DNA of 53,104 nt from a bacterium (GTDB lineage Bacteria; Patescibacteriota; JACMRA01): assembly GCA_043778555.1 (NCBI GenBank), contig JAYWFY010000055.1:1-53104 (forward strand), read 5' to 3'. Each line of letters opens with the position of its first letter. The first letter of the stretch is position 1. Made by a program: the position numbers and the translations under genes. Below, in pieces: positions 28,823 through 38,188 of the stretch. The notes under the pieces were generated by a model that worked only from the letters and a program-made list of their open reading frames with translations, did not search any database and was not told the DNA's origin.

Positions 28823-29140
28823 ATGCAGTCTATTTCTAACCTTCTTGGTAAGTCCAAAAAGCAAGATTTATTTCAACAGGCATATATTATGACTACAATC
28901 AAAAAAGGTTTGGAGAAAATCCAAATAGAAAACTACCCCAATTTGAAAACTGAATTTGGAAACATACAAGTTTTTATAACACCTAAGGCTAAAAACTCTT
29001 TCACTATCAAGCTCAAAGTAATAGATAATTCTTTCAAAACCTTTATCAAAACTGAAATAAACAACGTTGATTTTTTATTACTAGAAATTCTACAATCAAA
29101 GGGTGTCACAACCCCAAAATTTGAAATTGAACTCAAGTAA
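28823..29140 (+). CDS. Small protein, possibly DUF721-like
   Basis: Size and alternating hydrophobic pattern only; starts 1 nt after the lysS-fragment stop. Confidence 0.35.
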   Translation: MQSISNLLGKSKKQDLFQQAYIMTTIKKGLEKIQIENYPNLKTEFGNIQVFITPKAKNSFTIKLKVIDNSFKTFIKTEINNVDFLLLEILQSKGVTTPKFEIELK

Positions 29141-29146
29141 AATTGC

Positions 29147-29175
29147 TTGACAAAAAGATTAATCCTTGGTTTAAT
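29147..29175 (+). promoter_or_regulatory. Promoter for tRNA-Lys
   Basis: TTGACA, 17 nt, TTTAAT; about 10 nt before the tRNA 5' end. Confidence 0.45.
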
Positions 29176-29184
29176 TATGATTAT

Positions 29185-29259
29185 GGTTCTGTAGCTCAGT
29201 GGTAGAGCAGGGGACTCTTAATCCCTTGGTCGTGGGTTCAAATCCCACCGGGACCACCA
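29185..29259 (+). tRNA. tRNA-Lys(CTT)
   Basis: GGTTCTGTAGCTCAGTGGTAGAGC...CTCTTAA loop...GTGGGTTCAAATCCCAC CGGGACC A CCA. Confidence 0.9.
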
Positions 29260-29466
29260 AAATATCAAACATTTACTTCTAGAAATAGGAGTTATTTTTT
29301 TGATAAGATATTATTAAAGTTGCATTTTTATACTGATTGCACATATCACAACTAAGCTAATTTCTTCCCGCTCCTAATGTCTAATTCAAAAATTTTAATA
29401 AAGACTTTAATTTGTTTGTCTAATATGCTCGTTACACCAACTATCCAAGAATAAACAAAATGGGTT

Positions 29467-29495
29467 GCCATCCTGAACTTGTTTCAAGATCTAGA
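29467..29495 (+). repeat. Y-family hairpin repeat copy
   Basis: gccatcctgaacttgtttcaagatctaga. Confidence 0.7.
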
Positions 29496-29697
29496 ACTAT
29501 GAATAGATTAGAGCTAGGTATCAGATATAAATTAAGCTAGCTTTTAAGGGTCGAAAGAGAGTTGTCAGCCTCCCAGATTTTCCAACACTAAATTCTCTCC
29601 TAGTTCTTGAGTGAGATTGGTCTTTGGAAGAACACCAGCAAATGCAGTGGTTTATCAAATCTTCTATTGAATAAGATTATTTGAGCTAAAAAACTAT

Positions 29698-29718
29698 CCT
29701 CCCGTTTTGGGAGGTTTT
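29698..29718 (+). terminator. Bidirectional intrinsic terminator
   Basis: CCTCCC-gtttt-GGGAGG with TTTT downstream and an A-rich stretch upstream. Confidence 0.6.
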
Positions 29719-29840
29719 GGTCTGGATATATTCTTATCAAGAATACTACGCCTTGCAAAGGGGCTGGCAGTCGCAGACTGACTGGGTTACATATGTTTAA
29801 GAGCTTTGTCAGAACATGAAATAGTTTAAGTTTGACTCAA

Positions 29841-30119
29841 CTACAACTCGATATTGTTTTCTTTGAGCATATTTGTCAATTCATCGTAAAACAAATCTAA
29901 TTGTTCTAGAGTTGGTTGGATATACTCACTAGGTTTTCTGTAATGCATGAAGCTTATAAAACGCAAGTCTAAAGAATCGTTTGATTTAGAATATAGTTTA
30001 ATGTATAAATCGTCAAACTCTCTTAGATGGTTAACAGCTAGCCGAATTTTTTTGTCTTCAAACTGGATAATACCGTACAAACTTTCGTCAACACTCGAAA
30101 TTACCTGGGCGTTTCCCAT
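29841..30119 (-). CDS. Hypothetical 92-aa protein
   Basis: ORF with ATG start, same strand as and 74 nt downstream of the 541-aa ORF; no motif. Confidence 0.45.
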   Translation of the reverse strand: MGNAQVISSVDESLYGIIQFEDKKIRLAVNHLREFDDLYIKLYSKSNDSLDLRFISFMHYRKPSEYIQPTLEQLDLFYDELTNMLKENNIEL

Positions 30120-30193
30120 ATCAAAAAAATCTGATTTATCTATAATATTGAATTTTGATTGTCCTAAAAATCTAAAAGCACCAGATTTTATTT

Positions 30194-31819
30194 TTATATC
30201 AATTTTCTTACAATATCCTGAATCTGTTTATACTTCTCACGAGCGAGTTGCTCTTGGCTCTCAAAAGCATTTTTTGGAGTTTCTGCTATTTGATTGTTGC
30301 CTTCCAAGTTATCAATGTTTATTTCAAAATCTCGCTTGAGGATGGTTTTAATATTGTTGAAGGCATCTTTATAGGAACACCTATCTGCATCAAAATTTTT
30401 CGTTATAAATTGAAGTTCATTTATTTCTAACTGTACTAAACCTCGGTTAGTTTTAAGTTTTATATTTAAATCGTAAGTACTTTTGTTTTCAAGTGATAAC
30501 TCATCTCTATAAATTGTTAATTTATCTCCGATAGTCCATATAAATTCTGGATCACTTTGACCAATAAGAAAAGGAACTATAGACAAAATACCTATTTTAC
30601 CTTCTTTAAATAGACGCTCGAATAAGAGGTTTGGCAATTTTATTAATTTATCCTTATACTCTTTTTGCTCAGTTTCAAATCTATTAATCATAATTTCAGC
30701 TCTAGCTTGTTTGATTACAATCGCGCCTATGTCTGGTTCTCCACTTTCTGCGCTATTGACATACGCATCCTCCAAGCTAGATTTAGCCGCTTCCAAAAAA
30801 TCTTTTGCAACTTGCTGATCTTGCAAATTCATAGATTGGATTTTGTCTCTGATTTCCAAGTTTAGCTTTTCTATTTGAGCTTTGAGTTCTTGAATTTTCT
30901 GGAAATGTTGCTCGTTAATATCCAATATTTTGGATTGACATTCTTTGGTTGAGATCTCGCCGACTACTTCCAGTTGTTTCTGTAAAAAGGCAATTTCAGA
31001 TTTTTTCCTAATGATGATTTCTTTGAGTTCGTTTACAGATTTACCTTCCGGTAGCCCAATATCAAGAATTATTTCTTTTAGAGTTGTATTTAACAAAGGT
31101 TTGAGTTCTGGGGATTGCCTAAAGATGAGTTTTAAATTTTCATCAGATTTGATCAGCGTTAAAACTGCTACAAGTTGATCGTCAGACAAATTTCCTTTTT
31201 CAATATACAGATTATACAATTCTAAAAGTTGATTAATTGCAGTGATTTGACCTTGGTTTAATTCACTTGATTTCAAAAGTTGCTTTAGAGTTTTTGGAAA
31301 TATATCTGTAAATACGCTCCCCGCCAATTCAGGCTCAGACATGGTCGCATTCAAGCGCAATTGTGATTCTAAAGACTCTTTGTCTTTGAAGATATCTGGA
31401 TGAAGATTTGGACTAAAGAACTGCTTACCGAGTCTATTGGATACAGCCATTGTGCCCTCATTTATATTAACTATTTCTTCCAAATCCAAAAACTGATCTT
31501 CAAAACTATCTTGTGCAGATTGAGCATTCTCTATAACATCAAGCTTTAACTGTTCAAAGTCAATGGATTTTGGGTCAACACCCGAATTCAAAAGCTCAAG
31601 CCATTTTTGGAGTAGCGCAAGCTCAGCTTGAGAAGCTTTGAGTTCGTTTCGGTATTTAGTAATGTCTGTAGCACTCTCGATTTGAGACAATTTTACTTCC
31701 AAACCTTTCTGTTTGACGCTTTTGTTCAAGTTTGCGATTTGAGCATCGAGAACTTCGATCTTATTGAGGAGCTGTTTACGAAGAGATTCGACGTGAATTA
31801 TTTCTGAAAAATTAGACAT
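30194..31819 (-). CDS. Hypothetical 541-aa protein, largely coiled coil with a C-terminal globular region
   Basis: Long uninterrupted ORF with heptad-like E/K/L/Q-rich stretches; no recognised catalytic motif. Confidence 0.6.
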   Translation of the reverse strand: MSNFSEIIHVESLRKQLLNKIEVLDAQIANLNKSVKQKGLEVKLSQIESATDITKYRNELKASQAELALLQKWLELLNSGVDPKSIDFEQLKLDVIENAQSAQDSFEDQFLDLEEIVNINEGTMAVSNRLGKQFFSPNLHPDIFKDKESLESQLRLNATMSEPELAGSVFTDIFPKTLKQLLKSSELNQGQITAINQLLELYNLYIEKGNLSDDQLVAVLTLIKSDENLKLIFRQSPELKPLLNTTLKEIILDIGLPEGKSVNELKEIIIRKKSEIAFLQKQLEVVGEISTKECQSKILDINEQHFQKIQELKAQIEKLNLEIRDKIQSMNLQDQQVAKDFLEAAKSSLEDAYVNSAESGEPDIGAIVIKQARAEIMINRFETEQKEYKDKLIKLPNLLFERLFKEGKIGILSIVPFLIGQSDPEFIWTIGDKLTIYRDELSLENKSTYDLNIKLKTNRGLVQLEINELQFITKNFDADRCSYKDAFNNIKTILKRDFEINIDNLEGNNQIAETPKNAFESQEQLAREKYKQIQDIVRKLI

Positions 31820-31875
31820 AAGAATTCAAATATACTTTATAAATCAACTTTAGGCAAATAAACTTTTTTGGTCAA

Positions 31876-31897
31876 CAAAAAACCTCCCTTACAGGAG
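31876..31897 (-). terminator. Intrinsic terminator after the 16S transcription unit
   Basis: Minus strand CTCCTGTAAGGGAGG followed by TTTTTTG. Confidence 0.55.
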
Positions 31898-31918
31898 ATA
31901 AATGATAGCGCAAGACTA

Positions 31919-32000
31919 CAGATAAGAAACATAAAATTACTAATTGAAACCGAAGATACTAAATAAAATTGTGCATTATTTAGCAACCAAAACGGTATAA
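31919..32000 (-). other. 3' trailer arm of the pre-16S processing stem
   Basis: Complementary in blocks (about 16, 11 and 25 bp) to the leader at 33716-33826. Confidence 0.75.
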
Positions 32001-32221
32001 CCTAATCAAAGTATTAACAATAGAATTACAATAAGAGAAGGTTTAGTTCTGACTTATCGTTATAAATATTATAAGATATTTTGTATACGATTAGGATTTT
32101 TTTCTACATTAAAGTAGATGATTATCATTATATTTTTAGTATAATAGTTAAACAAACAAAGGTCTGTTATCAACCAAGAAGAGATGCGAACGAATCAAAC
32201 ATGCTCTAATAATCTCCTTAA

Positions 32222-33712
32222 AAAGGAGGTAATCCATCCACAGCTTCCGCTACGGATGCCTTGTTACAACTTAAATTCAGTCACTGAGCTAGCCTTCCAT
32301 TCCAAAACTGAAATTTTGGGGCTCTCTCAATTCCCAAACCTTGATGGGCAGTGTGTACAAAACCCGAGAACGTATTCACCGCGACGAGGCTGATTCGCGA
32401 TTACTAGCAATTCCAGCTTCATGGAGTCGAGTTGCAGACTCCAATCTGAACTTGGGGAGGTTTTAGAGATTTGCTTACTCTTGCGAGGTAGCGGTCTTGT
32501 TGTACCTTTCCCATTGTATTATGTGTGTAGCCCTAGACATAAGGGACACGCTGATCTGACGTCATTCTATCCTTCCTCCTGTTTAAACACAGGCAGTCTC
32601 CTTATACATTAAATAAATAAGGATTAGAGTTGCGCTCGTTTTCGGACTTAACCGAACATCTCACGACACGAGCTGACGACGACCGTGCATCACCTGTGAA
32701 AGCTTCTCTTGCGAGATCATCTGTGTTTCCACATCTTACTACTAACATGTCAAGCCTAGGTAAGGTTCCTCGCTTACTATCGAATTAAACCACATGATCC
32801 ACTACTTGTGCGGGTTCCCGTCAATTCCTTTGTGTTTTAGCCTTGCGGCCGTACTATACAGGCGGAGTGCTTATAGCGTTAGCTTTTGCCACTGAAAAAG
32901 GTTGATTTTTCCCAATAGAAAGCACTCATCGTTTAGGGCGTGGAATACTGGGGTATCTAATCCCATTCTCTCCCCACGCTTTCGTCCTAGCAGTGTCAGG
33001 TGGCACTCAGTAGTCTGCTTTCGCTTTTGGCGTTCTTTTGCATATCAACGGATTTCACCCCTACTTGCAAAGTTCCAACTACTTTTTTACCCCTCAAGTC
33101 TAGCAGTTTTCAAACCAAACACGCAGTTAAGCTGCGGCCTTTAAATTTGAACACACTAAACAACCTTCGGAACGCTTTACGCCCAATGAAACCGGATAAC
33201 GCTTGGAGCCTCTGTATCACCGCTGCTGCTGGCACAGAGTTTGCAGCTCCTTTCTAGAAATATCTTCATTTTTTTAGTATATCTCCACAGAAGTTTACGA
33301 CCCAAGGGCCTTCATCCTTCACGCGGTATGGCTCGGTCAGACTTTCGTCCATTGCCAAAAATTCCCCACTGCTGCCATCCGTAGATGTTTGGGCCGTGTC
33401 GCAGTCCCAACGTGCCTATTCGTCCTCTCAGACTAGGTACCCGTCATAGACTTGGTGAGCCATTACCTCACCAACAATCTGATAGGAATTAGGCCTTGTA
33501 TATAGCGGCTTACGCCTTTAATCTTGCGATCACATCTGGGATTACCTAATCTTTCGACTAGCTATACCAAACTATATGGAAGTTCCTAATTATTACTCAC
33601 TCGTTTGCCGCTGATCATTTCTCTGTATTACTACAAAGACTTTCACCGCTCGACTTGCATGTGTAAGGCCTACCGCCAGCGTTAATCCTGAGCTAGGATC
33701 AAACTCTCAACA
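32222..33712 (-). rRNA. rrs: 16S rRNA, about 1491 nt, no large insertion
   Basis: 5' AGAGTTTGATCCTAGCTCAGGATTAACGCTGGCGG; 3' GGATTACCTCCTTT; many universal blocks in between. Confidence 0.97.
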
Positions 33713-33715
33713 AAA

Positions 33716-33826
33716 TTATAACGTTTTAGTTGCTAAATAATATACAATATTAAATAATATGTTTATAAGATTATCTCAGTAAATCCAGTTTCAATTAGTT
33801 TTTTTAATTATTATGTTTCTTATCTG
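33716..33826 (-). other. 5' leader arm of the pre-16S processing stem
   Basis: Reverse complement of 31919-32000 with internal bulges. Confidence 0.75.
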
Positions 33827-33874
33827 TAAAATCTCTAGTATTAGTTGTTTTCAAACCTCACATAGCACTCAATG

Positions 33875-33904
33875 AGTATAGTATGAATTTTTTTATGTTG
33901 TCAA
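33875..33904 (-). promoter_or_regulatory. 16S rRNA promoter
   Basis: TTGACA, 18 nt, TATACT on the minus strand, upstream of the leader arm. Confidence 0.55.
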
Positions 33905-34013
33905 GACTTTGGCTTTTGAAACAGCTAAAAACCTATTGTTAATCATACTTTCCAAAAAACATATGTTTTTGATTTAGGATAATTGGTGTAAATAATTGAA
34001 GCTCAAAAGGTGT

Positions 34014-34041
34014 GTCGTCTTGAGAGTAGCGAAAGATCCTG
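34014..34041 (+). repeat. X-family hairpin repeat copy (GTCRTCTTGAGMGTAGCGAAAGATCCTG)
   Basis: Near-identical to 40537-40564. Confidence 0.75.
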
Positions 34042-34068
34042 TGCCAGTAGGAAATATACACCAAACAT

Positions 34069-34099
34069 GTCATTCTGAACTTGTTTCAGAATCTAAAAA
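34069..34099 (+). repeat. Y-family hairpin repeat copy
   Basis: gtcattctgaacttgtttcagaatctaaaaa. Confidence 0.8.
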
Positions 34100-34187
34100 G
34101 AGTTTATAGCTCTAAATTCAACTATTTTTGGGCGAAAAGAAATCACCCGAAAGTGAAAATCTTATATTTTGAATTGTCTCCTGAGAT

Positions 34188-34802
34188 TTACCTAGAACCT
34201 CCAGATCTTTTTTTTGATTGAAAAGACCTGACTACCCCATTAGGAATATCTATTACCTTATCAATTGGACTTTTTGGGAAAATTTTAACTCCTTTATAAC
34301 CTCTTCCACTTGTTGCTGTGAAAAAATTTAAGTCTGGGCCAATAACTTCTGCAATCTCAGAATCTGGCGTCTTGTCAAAGACAGTAACTGGTGCAAAACC
34401 GTTCATAGATTCATTACCTTGACTGTCTACTTCAAATCTAACATTTATTTTGTTAATTACATTTTTCTGTCCACTTAAATCTGTTTTAGCGTCATAATTT
34501 TGGTTGAGGAGATATTCAACTTTTGAGCCTGCACTTACAAGATTGTTATGCTCATTATTTTTGTAGACCTCATTTCCAGTGCCTAACCCTAGTGCTGCAA
34601 TTCCAACGATAGCTGCTTTTCTTAAACCTTGAAGTTTTTTAGAAGTCTTTTGTGAATCAATTTCACGAGATTCACTAGACACTTTAGGAGCCTCTATTCT
34701 TGAGCCACCTTCCTTACCTGAAAATTTGAATTGAGTTGTGTGTAGTTTTGATATAAACATATAGTTTGGTTGTATAAAATTGTAAGATTTATTTTCTAAC
34801 AT
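34188..34802 (-). CDS. Membrane-anchored or secreted hypothetical protein
   Basis: ORF with one TM segment (AAIVGIAALGLG); start set at the first ATG. Confidence 0.5.
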   Translation of the reverse strand: MLENKSYNFIQPNYMFISKLHTTQFKFSGKEGGSRIEAPKVSSESREIDSQKTSKKLQGLRKAAIVGIAALGLGTGNEVYKNNEHNNLVSAGSKVEYLLNQNYDAKTDLSGQKNVINKINVRFEVDSQGNESMNGFAPVTVFDKTPDSEIAEVIGPDLNFFTATSGRGYKGVKIFPKSPIDKVIDIPNGVVRSFQSKKRSGGSR

Positions 34803-34962
34803 TGACAATCATACCACAATAGCGTTGTTCCTGCAAGTTTATTTATTGGCTTGGAATGTGTATTTTTGGCAGGGCTTGAAAATTTTGTTAGAGCTTTATC
34901 GCTATAATAAACCCAGTCACTTTGTGACAATTTTCATTTTGTAGTATTTACAATATTTTATA

Positions 34963-36153
34963 CTAATTTCTGTATTCTTTGTTGATTCCTTGCACCATTG
35001 CTATATTACTGTCGTGTCCAGTGCCTGATTTGGCAAAATATTTTTTTCCACTTGCATCAGATACAAAAAATAGATCATCGGTCTGAAGTGGGATGAGAGC
35101 TGCCTGCACCGAGCCGATAGTTGGTGTAGCTATAGGAGCTATTGGATAGCCAATATTCTCATATGTGTTATATTTATTATCAGCTTGTGGTGAGTCTAGG
35201 TATAAGCAATCTGTTTGGGATATTAGTGTCTGTTGGCACAAACTTTTGCCTGTTCCATATGTCACAGTCGGGTCAGAGCTCCATTTCATACTATTTTCTA
35301 TTCTGTTATAAAAAACGCTTGCAATATTCTTTTTTTCTTTGTTGACCTCTTCAATATTGGCTGAGTTGATACCTTCTATTGGTCTTCCAGTCTCTTTCTC
35401 GATGACTGATGCCATGACAACTGCTTTGTTAAAATCCTTGATATTCGTTTGAAGTTTTAACTTTGACCAGACTTTATTTTCAAAATTGGTGACTAGTTTG
35501 CTAATAGCGTTATCTGCTCCAAAATTGACAAAAAAACTATAAGTATCGGGATAGAGATAGCCTTCAAGATAATACTTTGCACAGTTTTTGAGGTTGCCGT
35601 ATTCGCAGTTGAGCTTATCTGGCAAAAAGTCATATTTTTGTTTGAAACTTTCTTTGTTGACTGCTGCTTTGAGATCAGCTACGCTTGCTACGCCAGCTTT
35701 GGATAGTTTATCAATGATTTTGTCAACGGTCTCACCCTCTTTGATCGTTACTCTGACTTCTTTTTGCTGACTAGCAAGATTTTTACCATAAAACTCAGAC
35801 TGTTCTTTGATTTGACCCATAACTTGATCTGGTTTTGCTGGTAGCTCTAAAATGTATTTTCCTGGTAGTAGTGTAAACTTATTGCTAGTTTGTGAGATAT
35901 ATTGCAATGAAAAAGAGTTTGTTAATACATTGCTTTTTTGAAGCTGCTCTCCAATTTTACCAAAGTTGTCACCAGACTTGACTTCGAAGGTATATTCTTT
36001 TGGTGAGTTGCTCGGAATAAAACTGAGAGATGCAAAAAAACTATAAATATTCCAGCTCACTAATATGAGTCCTATTATTAAGATAATTTTAAATAATACT
36101 TTGATAAAAGGCTTTTTTGGACTAATATTGCGAGCCACAGGATATTTATTCAT
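34963..36153 (-). CDS. mltG: Endolytic murein transglycosylase MltG (YceG-like)
   Basis: N-terminal TM, YLYPDTYSF, VIEKETG and ASVFYNRI...SDPTVTYG motifs. Confidence 0.85.
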   Translation of the reverse strand: MNKYPVARNISPKKPFIKVLFKIILIIGLILVSWNIYSFFASLSFIPSNSPKEYTFEVKSGDNFGKIGEQLQKSNVLTNSFSLQYISQTSNKFTLLPGKYILELPAKPDQVMGQIKEQSEFYGKNLASQQKEVRVTIKEGETVDKIIDKLSKAGVASVADLKAAVNKESFKQKYDFLPDKLNCEYGNLKNCAKYYLEGYLYPDTYSFFVNFGADNAISKLVTNFENKVWSKLKLQTNIKDFNKAVVMASVIEKETGRPIEGINSANIEEVNKEKKNIASVFYNRIENSMKWSSDPTVTYGTGKSLCQQTLISQTDCLYLDSPQADNKYNTYENIGYPIAPIATPTIGSVQAALIPLQTDDLFFVSDASGKKYFAKSGTGHDSNIAMVQGINKEYRN

Positions 36154-36308
36154 AACAATTAGAGTTTAATATTTTATTTCCAACTTGGCAAATGATGTCA
36201 TTCAAATTTTTGTAGAATTATACCTAGGCTAAAAAAAGAGTCTACATGAAAGGATTGATACACGAAAAACACCCTTGCAGGTAGGGTGAGAAATGTACTT
36301 TTATAGTT

Positions 36309-36533
36309 TTAAATTGTTTTTGTAATTTTATTCTTGATTGTTCTCAATGCTCGGGCTGTAATTTTGACTGATTTGTTTGGAGCAAAATATTGACCTCCTA
36401 GCATAGCATTGAGGTCGCCACCATTTTTTTTGACTAGATTAGCTTTGAGATGAGTGATGGTTCCGTGCATCGATTTGGATCTCTTGACTACTTTGTGTCC
36501 ATAGACTCCTGTGAGGGCGCATTGTGCTGGCAT
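36309..36533 (-). CDS. rpmB: Ribosomal protein L28 (probable)
   Basis: 74-aa basic protein. CALTG...G..V..S.S...T.....NL pattern, like the L28 N-terminus. Confidence 0.55.
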   Translation of the reverse strand: MPAQCALTGVYGHKVVKRSKSMHGTITHLKANLVKKNGGDLNAMLGGQYFAPNKSVKITARALRTIKNKITKTI

Positions 36534-36578
36534 TTTAATAATTTTTAGTTGTTTATATATTTTATTTAATCTGATTGT

Positions 36579-36653
36579 TGGTCGGGATGCAGGGAATTGA
36601 ACCCTGTGCCCCTTGCTCCCAAAGCAAGTATGCTACCGTAACACTTCATCCCG
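36579..36653 (-). tRNA. tRNA-Pro(TGG)
   Basis: CGGGATG...CTTGC TTTGGGA GCAAG...CAGGGTTCAATTCCCTG CATCCCG A CCA. Confidence 0.9.
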
Positions 36654-36808
36654 TTATTTTTTAATTGTTAATTAAATAGTAATTTTTGTCAAGACTTTTT
36701 ACCCAATAATATTTATTATTGCAAAACATTGGTAATCTTCTTTTACAACTACCCAAAGCCAAAAGCTAACCCTTGCCAAGTTTAAAAAAATCTGCTACAT
36801 TCATATAT

Positions 36809-37603
36809 ATGATTACTATATTTTCACATTTCCAATCCAAATCCACTACAATAATTTTTTTGGTATTACTCACCATTATTTTTGGGGCAAGCTCCATTAA
36901 CTCCACTGCTCAGGAACCTCGCTCAAGTTTGGCAACTGCAGCTAATCTGGTTTCAGATTTTACTATTGACAATAATGCCTACACTTCTCAAGGCTCAGGT
37001 GAGATAATCGATAACTACTTTTACACGACAGGTCATAACTTCACGCTTGATCAAACTAATTTTCTGGTTGCTAATGGTGCCAAGTTTTTGAGTGTCAAAG
37101 GTAATTGTAGCAGAGTGGTGGCTGGTGCTCGCATTAAGTATAACGAAGGAGTTATTCAGATTCCGCTGGCTTTACTAAACTCGCAAAAAGCCAAAGATCA
37201 AGGCTTGAAGAGTCCTTCAGTACTCAAAAATAATCCAAACATTAGTTTTATCAACTGGAGCAGTGACATCCTCAACCCCTCATATGTATATATCCGTGGA
37301 ATCGCTAAAAACGAAAATAGCAAAAAAGAACAGCTTTTGACGGGTAGCCAGATGTTTACAGCCAACGGAAGCGGATTGAGCGGAGGAGCGTACAAATACA
37401 ATGAAGATTTGACTGCAGAAGATGGCGAGAGCAAACATAGCTATATGCTTGGTATTCATATTGGGGCTGCAAATTATCAAGGACAAAAAATTAATATCTT
37501 TTGGGTAGCCAACGGTGATGGAACTTTTAGCTATGCTCGATATCTGCAAAATGGTACTGTTTTAAGAGTTGACAACTTGCTCAATTCTGAGTGTAATCTT
37601 TAA
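36809..37603 (+). CDS. Secreted hypothetical protein
   Basis: Signal-like N-terminus (IIFLVLLTIIFGASS); start set at the first ATG. Confidence 0.5.
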   Translation: MITIFSHFQSKSTTIIFLVLLTIIFGASSINSTAQEPRSSLATAANLVSDFTIDNNAYTSQGSGEIIDNYFYTTGHNFTLDQTNFLVANGAKFLSVKGNCSRVVAGARIKYNEGVIQIPLALLNSQKAKDQGLKSPSVLKNNPNISFINWSSDILNPSYVYIRGIAKNENSKKEQLLTGSQMFTANGSGLSGGAYKYNEDLTAEDGESKHSYMLGIHIGAANYQGQKINIFWVANGDGTFSYARYLQNGTVLRVDNLLNSECNL

Positions 37604-37640
37604 TATACTTATCCGCTAATAACCTAATTTTAATTTGGCT

Positions 37641-37676
37641 GTCCGTCTGCCCTCAACTTGATTCAGGATCTAGAAA
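37641..37676 (+). repeat. Degenerate Y-family hairpin repeat copy, directly abutting the next gene's ATG
   Basis: gtccgtctgccctcaacttgattcaggatctagaaa. Confidence 0.5.
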
Positions 37677-37677
37677 G

Positions 37678-38121
37678 ATGATAAGTAACGACAATTTAAT
37701 CATTAGAGAAATGAGTACAATATTATCTATCAAAGAACAAATAATCAAAATTGTGAACCAAATTCCCTTTGGAAAAGTAATGTACTTTGGTCAAGTTGGC
37801 AGCCAAATTGTAAATAAGAATTATAATTTTCACGAACAACCTTACAAAGGTGTCAGTGGTCAAGTCGTCGGTTTTATACTATCAGGAATGCCTTCAAGTC
37901 AGTGGTATTTACTCCCCTGGCATAGAGTTGTTGCCAAAAATGGTTTTATATCTAGTCTCAAGCTGGGTGCCAAAGGGTTGATCCAAAAGCAATTATTACT
38001 CGATGAAGGGGTAATAATCACTGATAACAATGTTGACATGCAAAAACATTTGTTTGTACAAAGTGCAGGAGAAATTCATGCTGCAGAAATTTTGTTGAAA
38101 GAGCATTTGAAACAACCTTGA
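37678..38121 (+). CDS. Alkyltransferase-like (ATL) protein, MGMT-family DNA-binding domain without the acceptor Cys
   Basis: PWHRVV replaces the PCHRV active site, and the helix-turn-helix context is present. Confidence 0.65.
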   Translation: MISNDNLIIREMSTILSIKEQIIKIVNQIPFGKVMYFGQVGSQIVNKNYNFHEQPYKGVSGQVVGFILSGMPSSQWYLLPWHRVVAKNGFISSLKLGAKGLIQKQLLLDEGVIITDNNVDMQKHLFVQSAGEIHAAEILLKEHLKQP

Positions 38122-38188
38122 CCAAAAAATATTTTGCACTCAATATTTGGTCACCCGCAGGCTGTTACTTAAAATTTAAAACACCTTT

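Noticed and set aside
29620-29665. TTGGAAGAACACCAGCAAATGCAG vaguely resembles the SRP RNA helix-8 GGAA tetraloop/AGCAGC region
   Set aside because: The flanking strands do not form the conserved symmetric and asymmetric loops, and the 5' GGUCC-type partner is missing. Left inside the generic ncRNA-candidate finding.
32184-33257. Four plus-strand ORFs (63-85 aa) in the ORF track
   Set aside because: All lie antisense within the 16S rRNA gene. They are GC-richer rRNA sequence giving open frames by chance.
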